A stretch of 63,168 nucleotides of DNA from Nanobdellota archaeon (GTDB taxonomy: Archaea > Nanobdellota > Nanobdellia > SCGC-AAA011-G17 > GW2011-AR18), in assembly GCA_038046085.1 (NCBI GenBank), contig JBBSWW010000003.1, positions 1-63,168 of the forward strand. The letters run 5' to 3'. How positions within the stretch are numbered: position 1 is the first letter of the stretch; the number at the start of each line of letters is the position of its first letter. The position numbers and the translations under genes are program-made. The notes beneath the pieces are model-generated. The model searched no databases and was not told the DNA's origin. It saw only the letters and a program-made list of their open reading frames with translations. Positions 57,604-63,168 of this stretch are shown in pieces.

Positions 57604-58974
57604 ATGTTTTTATTGACTAAAAAGAGCAAGATATTAAGAGAAGTGGAGAAAGTCAAATATTGTATAACTTCTTTAAACTATTTTTATTGTGAAATAAGTA
57701 ACTCTGAACGTAAAGAATCCCCTGAGGAACTATATCTCTATCTTGATAGAACTATTGGATCATTAGAGAATATTATGTGGAATCTATTTTTAGAAGATAA
57801 TCTCTTGAAAGCAAATATTGGGGTAGAAATCAATGAAACTAATTGTAATGATTCATTTCATAATGAACAAATAGTTACATTAATGGATACTCTAAATAGA
57901 ACTCGAAATTTATCAATGATATTAATAAGAAATGAATTAACAAGAGATGTTATAGAAAACATTAAATCAATAATTAATGGCATAATAAAAGATTTAGAAG
58001 CAGGACTTGGAGGACATAATTCTTACTTTAACGGATTGATGATAAATCTTTCTAAAATAAAAGTGCCAAGAAGAAAAGGTAAAATAATATTTGCAGCAGC
58101 AACAGCATTAGCAATAGTATCAGCAGGCTTGACATATAATTATAGAACGTCTAATAGTACAGAAACTGTAACTGTAGTTCAAAAAAGAATATCTGACATT
58201 AAAGGATTGCAAAAATTTTTAGATCTTTATGAAGATGGTAAATTGAACGCAATAACAAAAACAGCAATAAGGATATTCAAAGGTTTATATGAAAATGAAT
58301 TAAAAGGAAAAGTTAAACTAAGTGATAAAATATTTAATGGTGAAATTGATGAAACATTATATGAAGCAGTTAATGATCTAGTGAAACAAGGAATAAATAA
58401 AATAGAAGCAAGATTTTATGGTGTAGATATTGATGGTAAAACAATAATTGTATATGTGCCAAAAATAAAAAGTCAAACAATAGAAAGAAAACTCCTTATA
58501 AGATCTGAACCTAATTACCATGAAATTGATAGTGCTCAAAGCCTAAAAATAATAAGAATGTTAAAAAATGATTATCTATTAATAGACATAATAAAACAAC
58601 TAAAAAACTATTTTAGTGATGATTATGATTTAGCAAAAGCAATAATGGTTTTTACAAACGAAACAATAATGCAAAAAGAGGGGATTTTAGAACTTGACCC
58701 GTTAAGAACATTATATAAAAGAGAAGGAAGTTGCACTGAAGGTAGTGAATTATTTGCAGCATTAAGTATAACAGCTGGATTCAAGGATGTATACTTGCAA
58801 GACAGATCTGATATAAGGGCAACACCTGAAATATCGCCTAAGCAAATACATCTGTTTGTAGTAATAAAGATACGTAATAGAGAATATTTTTATGATGGCG
58901 GAAATAATGAATTATTACAAAAATCAATACATGAAAATAGAATGCCAATATTAGGAAAAAGAATAAAAATCTAA
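57604..58974 (+). CDS. single-pass membrane protein with transglutaminase-like cysteine protease core
   Basis: TM IIFAAATALAIVSAGLTY. C-terminal KREGSCTEGSELFAALSITAGF, later IHLFVVIK and D, resembling the TGase-core Cys/His/Asp order. Confidence 0.45.
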   Translation: MFLLTKKSKILREVEKVKYCITSLNYFYCEISNSERKESPEELYLYLDRTIGSLENIMWNLFLEDNLLKANIGVEINETNCNDSFHNEQIVTLMDTLNRTRNLSMILIRNELTRDVIENIKSIINGIIKDLEAGLGGHNSYFNGLMINLSKIKVPRRKGKIIFAAATALAIVSAGLTYNYRTSNSTETVTVVQKRISDIKGLQKFLDLYEDGKLNAITKTAIRIFKGLYENELKGKVKLSDKIFNGEIDETLYEAVNDLVKQGINKIEARFYGVDIDGKTIIVYVPKIKSQTIERKLLIRSEPNYHEIDSAQSLKIIRMLKNDYLLIDIIKQLKNYFSDDYDLAKAIMVFTNETIMQKEGILELDPLRTLYKREGSCTEGSELFAALSITAGFKDVYLQDRSDIRATPEISPKQIHLFVVIKIRNREYFYDGGNNELLQKSIHENRMPILGKRIKI

Positions 58975-59073
58975 TTTAATACTAGTTAACTATTGTTAAA
59001 ATTATTATGATTAAAATAATCCTATTAAGAAGTGAATATATAATCTTATAAATAAAAGAATTCATTAATAACT

Positions 59074-59439
59074 ATGCAGCATGAAGTTAGATTATATGTT
59101 CTAGAGAAAAATAATGTCATCAACGGTGATAGAAGATATAAACATATTTTTGGATTCTATGATGGAGAGTGTGAAAAATTATTAGAAGCTGGAAATTTTG
59201 ATGGATACAAAGTTGTTTATAGAAATAGGACAACAAGCCAGAGATCATTATTTGCAATAGTAAAAGAGGCAGTAGATGTGTCAAATACTAAAGGAATATT
59301 AGATACTGAGGTTCTGGATTATATATTAGGAAATGAGAATACAGAAGAAATGCTTGTTGGAACAATAGTAAAATTAGATGAGTTAAAAGATTCTACAGTA
59401 GCATATTATAATCTTGGAGATACAAACGCTACATTATAA
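59074..59439 (+). CDS. hypothetical protein
   Basis: 121-aa ORF with no motif. Confidence 0.4.
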   Translation: MQHEVRLYVLEKNNVINGDRRYKHIFGFYDGECEKLLEAGNFDGYKVVYRNRTTSQRSLFAIVKEAVDVSNTKGILDTEVLDYILGNENTEEMLVGTIVKLDELKDSTVAYYNLGDTNATL

Positions 59440-59443
59440 AAAA

Positions 59444-59731
59444 TTAAAATTTACTACCAGAAAATATCTTGGACATGGTATCTGACATATCAACATAAGG
59501 ACTTAATCTTCCGCCACCAGCTGTATTACCTGTGTTATTAGCCTGAGGCTGTGGAGCTGATTGTTGAACTTGTGGCTGAGTAACCTGAGGTCTAGGAGCA
59601 GCAGTCTGAACTGAATTGTTTGAACTTGAATTTTTTTCTCTCTTATTAACCAAATCCTGTAAAGCAGAAATCAATTTTTTAAGATCATCAAGAGACTCTT
59701 TTTCTGTATTAAAACTAATTTTCACATCCAT
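59444..59731 (-). CDS. hypothetical small protein with Gln/Pro-rich linker
   Basis: 95 aa. APRPQVTQPQVQQSAPQPQ low-complexity centre. Confidence 0.4.
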   Translation of the reverse strand: MDVKISFNTEKESLDDLKKLISALQDLVNKREKNSSSNNSVQTAAPRPQVTQPQVQQSAPQPQANNTGNTAGGGRLSPYVDMSDTMSKIFSGSKF

Positions 59732-59796
59732 TTTTCAACTGAGTGGAAGAGTCTATTTAAATGTTTTTTGTTTGCCCTCTAAACAAACCCTAAATA

Positions 59797-61272
59797 CTAA
59801 TTAAAACCACTTTTGCTAAGATGACTTAATGATTCTGATAAAATATTATAATTAGGTTCATATTTTTTATAATATTCAACGAATCTTTCTTCAATAATCT
59901 TCAAAGAAATTATAGCATTAGACATAGTAGCATCTTTAATCTCATTATTGTTAATCCTAACAGCCTGTTCATAGATCTCTAAAGCCCTTAAAATAGATGA
60001 ATTGAGATACGCTAGTTCATATCTATCATAATCAATAATCTTAACATCTGAATGTTCATTAAAACTATCCCAATGCTTCTTTATTATCTCTCTTTTTTGT
60101 CCATAATCAAGGAATAAGTGCTGATCTAAAAGATTTGTATCATCAAAAACAATAGGTGATTTACGTTCTCCTTCAGTATCAAGAATAATAACACGATTCA
60201 TCTCATCTAATTTAAAATTTCTAGAATGAGCATCCTTATTATAAACCCTGATAATTCCTTCTAAACTATTAAGAGCTGGTTCTAAACTATACATGAGAGG
60301 ATCAACAAAACTTGAAGGATATAATCTAGAGATCCTTTCACGAATACTCTTAGAGATATCACGCTCAACAAAATCACCTTTAACTCTAGCATGTAATAAA
60401 CCAAGAATATCAGCAATCCTGTAAAAATCATTTACAGATACATCATTTAATTTAATCCTTTGTTCAAGAGTATTACCAGAAGCCTGTTCCATGACATAAT
60501 AAGTTTCATTATTAAATTCAATACTCCCAATAGGATTAACAGTAGAACAATCATTCCTTAATGAAATAATAGAACCAATCTGTTCAGCCATAGAAATTTC
60601 CTTAGCTAATCCATCAGATGACTGACTTTTGTAAATAATCTCAGAACCTAATAATGGATCCTCAATTGTAAAAACAGAGTTCTTATTACCTGTAATTTTA
60701 TTAACAGAACTACTTTCTAAAGCTTTTTTAGCAGCTTCTAATTTTTTCTTCCTAGAAATATCCTTATTCCCATACATAGAGTATAATCTTCCGACAAGAT
60801 ATGAGAAAGAGAAAGAATCAGCAGTAGGAAAGTTATGATAAAATGGATCCTTACAACTAGAATCAATACCATCAAGCAGTGCAAGATTAATAATATCCTT
60901 TTCTTCTTTTATTTTCTTATTAATAATACTTTTACACTTTAAATAAATAGATTTTATATTACCAAAGAAACTTAGTTTATTTTTTGTCCTAAGATCCTGA
61001 ATATTCTCTTCAAAAATATTAAAAGCTTTCCTGTAACATTGATAAGCAGATCTTTTATCATGACCATAATAAGAATCGCCTAAAGACAGAGTACGTTCTA
61101 TCTCATCACCAACATTTTCACTTAAACCAATCAATCTTTTCTTAACTTCAATGGACTTTTTATTATTTCTAGTCAATGAATAAAATAACTTTAATAAAGA
61201 GAATCTTATATATTTAGAATCAGAAGGACTATCTTGTTCCTTAACAATATCATCGAGACATGACAATGGCAT
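59797..61272 (-). CDS. protein-kinase-like fold protein with helical N-terminal domain
   Basis: IIYKSQ...KEISMAEQIG, YYVMEQASGNTL, NKDAHSRNFKLD (DxHxxN-like), VIILDTEG. Host-like T-ending codons. Confidence 0.45.
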   Translation of the reverse strand: MPLSCLDDIVKEQDSPSDSKYIRFSLLKLFYSLTRNNKKSIEVKKRLIGLSENVGDEIERTLSLGDSYYGHDKRSAYQCYRKAFNIFEENIQDLRTKNKLSFFGNIKSIYLKCKSIINKKIKEEKDIINLALLDGIDSSCKDPFYHNFPTADSFSFSYLVGRLYSMYGNKDISRKKKLEAAKKALESSSVNKITGNKNSVFTIEDPLLGSEIIYKSQSSDGLAKEISMAEQIGSIISLRNDCSTVNPIGSIEFNNETYYVMEQASGNTLEQRIKLNDVSVNDFYRIADILGLLHARVKGDFVERDISKSIRERISRLYPSSFVDPLMYSLEPALNSLEGIIRVYNKDAHSRNFKLDEMNRVIILDTEGERKSPIVFDDTNLLDQHLFLDYGQKREIIKKHWDSFNEHSDVKIIDYDRYELAYLNSSILRALEIYEQAVRINNNEIKDATMSNAIISLKIIEERFVEYYKKYEPNYNILSESLSHLSKSGFN

Positions 61273-61361
61273 TTGTTAATTAAAAATATATACTTAATAA
61301 ATATTTATACAGTAAAAATAGATAGTTTTTTAATATAAAAAATCACTAAAAACCTGAGAAG

Positions 61362-63168
61362 ATGATAAAAAAAGAGTACCTGGTCATAGTTAGTTTGCTA
61401 ATCCTATTTTTATTACTACCAAAAAATGCAATTGCTGATTTTCCAGACTGTTTAGGTGATACAACAAACGGAATATGGACCATAAGCAATACACAGACAA
61501 TAACTTCAAATCAGGTATGTTATAATATCACAATAAAAGCAGGAGGAAAACTAAGAGTGCAGAATGGTGCTATCACCTCATCAATAAACATAACTGTTGG
61601 AAACTTATCTGTGGAAAGTGGCGGAGAAATAAATACTACAGGATTTGGATATATTGGAAGCTCTACAACAGCAACAGGACCTGGAGCTGGAATAAGCAGG
61701 CGTGCTGGAGGGAGTTACGGAGGGAGGGGTGGTGCAAAACAAGAGACAAACATTGGAAATGTATACGGAAATCCATTAAGACCAACAGATCTGGGAAGCG
61801 GAGGATCGGGAAGCGGAACAACTTCAGGTTCTGGTGGTGGTGGAGCTATACTCATAAATGTAACACAGAACTTTATACTTAATGGAACGGTTGTAGCTAA
61901 TGGAAACAGTACATCTACTAATTCTAATCTTGGAGGCGGTTCTGGAGGATCAATATTAGTTTATACATATAATCTTTCAGGACTTGGGAATTTTACAACA
62001 TTAGGAGGTAAAAGTGGATCTGGTGGTGGAGGAGGAGGTGGTGGTGGAGGAAGAATAGCAGTATACTATAATTATTCAACATTAAACTTTTCAAGATCAA
62101 GTGCCGAGGGTTCAAAAGATGATACAACATATCAAGGAAGTACTGGAACATTAATAACAATAGATGTTGTCAATAATAATGCTACAATATATGGATGGAA
62201 CTGGAACAGCAGTGTAGATTTAAGCACATTCAGTAATGTAACATTCGTATCAGCAAACACAACAATAGATAATAATGATATAATAAGAATAGACAACAAC
62301 TTTCAATTCGACGGACAATCATATTTTAACTGCAGAACAAACATAAGTAAACAGATTATATTATCTGAGATAGGAACAGGAAACATCAGTTCTTATCTAT
62401 CTAATTTTAGAAATGAATGTGGAATGACAAATGTTACTATAAATACTAGCAATCCTCTATTAATTTCTGGAAATACTTTACTAAATTTTAGTAGTATTAA
62501 TTTTGATAATTCAAGTGTTGATGTCGCTATATCAAATTCAAAAATATTCTCAAACTTTAATTTCACATTAAGAAACATAACAATAGATGTAAACTCAATA
62601 ATAAACGCAACAGGAAAAGGATATTCAGGAGGAATAAGCACAGGAACAGGACCAGGAGGACCTACAAGAGGATCAAGCGGAGCAACACACGGCGGAAGAG
62701 GAATGACAGTAAGCGGAACAAACAATGATATCAACGTATACGGAAATGCGTTAAATCCTATAAATCTTGGAAGTGGCGGGAGTGGTGCAGGATCAACAAG
62801 AGGCGGAAGAGGAGGAGGATTCATATATATAAATTCAACAAATAAACTAACACTTGATGCAACATTAAGCACCGATGGCACGCAAGCTTTCGGTGGATTA
62901 ACAACAGCTGGCGGCGGTACTGGTGGATCAATACTATTATATGCATACAATATAACAGGAACAGGAAACTTCAGTGCAATAGGTGGTGAGGGTTTCAATG
63001 TCATCTCTTCAGGAGGAAGAATAGCAGTATACTATAATCATACAACAATAAACTTTTCAAAATCTAGTGTGGAAGGCACAAAACTTTCAATAAGTGGAAC
63101 ATTGCCTTTAATCCCTGCTACTGGTACTTTTATTGCTGTAGATCAGCGTTTCAATAATGCTACAATAC
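61362..63168 (+). CDS. giant secreted Gly-rich beta-helix-like repeat surface protein (5' partial, runs off the window)
   Basis: I translated 602 codons from the ATG at 61362 and found no stop. Signal peptide LVIVSLLILFLLLPKNAIA. It is absent from the ORF track because no stop lies in the window. Confidence 0.75.
   Translation, partial: MIKKEYLVIVSLLILFLLLPKNAIADFPDCLGDTTNGIWTISNTQTITSNQVCYNITIKAGGKLRVQNGAITSSINITVGNLSVESGGEINTTGFGYIGSSTTATGPGAGISRRAGGSYGGRGGAKQETNIGNVYGNPLRPTDLGSGGSGSGTTSGSGGGGAILINVTQNFILNGTVVANGNSTSTNSNLGGGSGGSILVYTYNLSGLGNFTTLGGKSGSGGGGGGGGGGRIAVYYNYSTLNFSRSSAEGSKDDTTYQGSTGTLITIDVVNNNATIYGWNWNSSVDLSTFSNVTFVSANTTIDNNDIIRIDNNFQFDGQSYFNCRTNISKQIILSEIGTGNISSYLSNFRNECGMTNVTINTSNPLLISGNTLLNFSSINFDNSSVDVAISNSKIFSNFNFTLRNITIDVNSIINATGKGYSGGISTGTGPGGPTRGSSGATHGGRGMTVSGTNNDINVYGNALNPINLGSGGSGAGSTRGGRGGGFIYINSTNKLTLDATLSTDGTQAFGGLTTAGGGTGGSILLYAYNITGTGNFSAIGGEGFNVISSGGRIAVYYNHTTINFSKSSVEGTKLSISGTLPLIPATGTFIAVDQRFNNATI
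61621..63168 (+). repeat. tandem ~966-nt (322-aa) coding repeat units
   Basis: aagaatagcagtatactataat recurs at 62051 and 63017. The protein units GxGY..G...GPG...NVYGN.L.P..LGSGGSG...GGSIL.Y.YN..G.GNF...GG...GGRIAVYYN.(S/T)T(L/I)NFS.SS.EG align. Confidence 0.8.
62022..62051 (+). repeat. (GGN)10 poly-Gly tract
   Basis: ggt ggt gga gga gga ggt ggt ggt gga gga. Confidence 0.9.

Noticed and set aside
62393-63004. 203-aa Pro-rich minus-strand ORF
   Set aside because: It is the antisense shadow of the Gly-rich (GGN) + strand surface-protein frame, because GGN reads as NCC = Pro on the other strand. The + frame has a signal peptide and a repeat architecture.
1-63168. Search for CRISPR arrays, rRNA genes, IS elements, integrases and additional tRNAs
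   Set aside because: I saw no regularly spaced direct repeats, no GC-rich rRNA-like segments, no transposase or integrase motifs, and only one GC-rich cloverleaf (5823..5956). This was a by-eye inspection only.

Overview
This 63.2 kb window is very AT-rich and tightly packed. It holds about 65 protein genes and one intron-containing tRNA. I found no rRNA, no CRISPR array and no recognisable transposase or integrase.

Gene content reads as a small-genome archaeon; DPANN-like is my inference, not a measurement. Supporting genes are Pth2, Kae1, a class I CCA-adding enzyme, proteasome beta subunit adjacent to aCPSF1, an archaeal-size RNase J, Mre11-Rad50, TrmI, a PAC2-like chaperone, a DUF460 nuclease, and tRNA-Leu(CAA) with a 50-nt intron and no encoded CCA.

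Housekeeping genes are interleaved with envelope functions:
- a MacB-type ABC operon with an S-layer-like protein;
- a glycan cluster of GT4/GT2 glycosyltransferases, a Wzx-like flippase, methyltransferases and a ferredoxin / FNR-like / B12-radical-SAM module;
- several signal-peptide beta-sandwich surface proteins;
- a partial giant Gly-rich repeat protein that runs off the 3' end of the window.

Most notable observations:
1. A 516-aa LAGLIDADG intein splits the active-site motif of aCPSF1.
2. A 1.2 kb Fic-toxin mini-island is bracketed by a 72-bp imperfect direct repeat that duplicates the 3' end of a uracil-5 RNA methyltransferase gene. It has three perfect copies of a 13-nt motif at its left end.
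3. A GAF-GGDEF diguanylate cyclase with an intact I-site sits in an archaeal context.
4. The tsaC/sua5 gene carries an in-frame TAG exactly at a conserved Tyr codon.
5. The aspartyl-tRNA synthetase is the bacterial type, with a GAD insertion.
6. Synonymous codon choice is locked to the DNA strand across the whole window, and a set of orphan genes violates that rule.

All calls come from reading motifs in the supplied translations and sequence; no database search was run.
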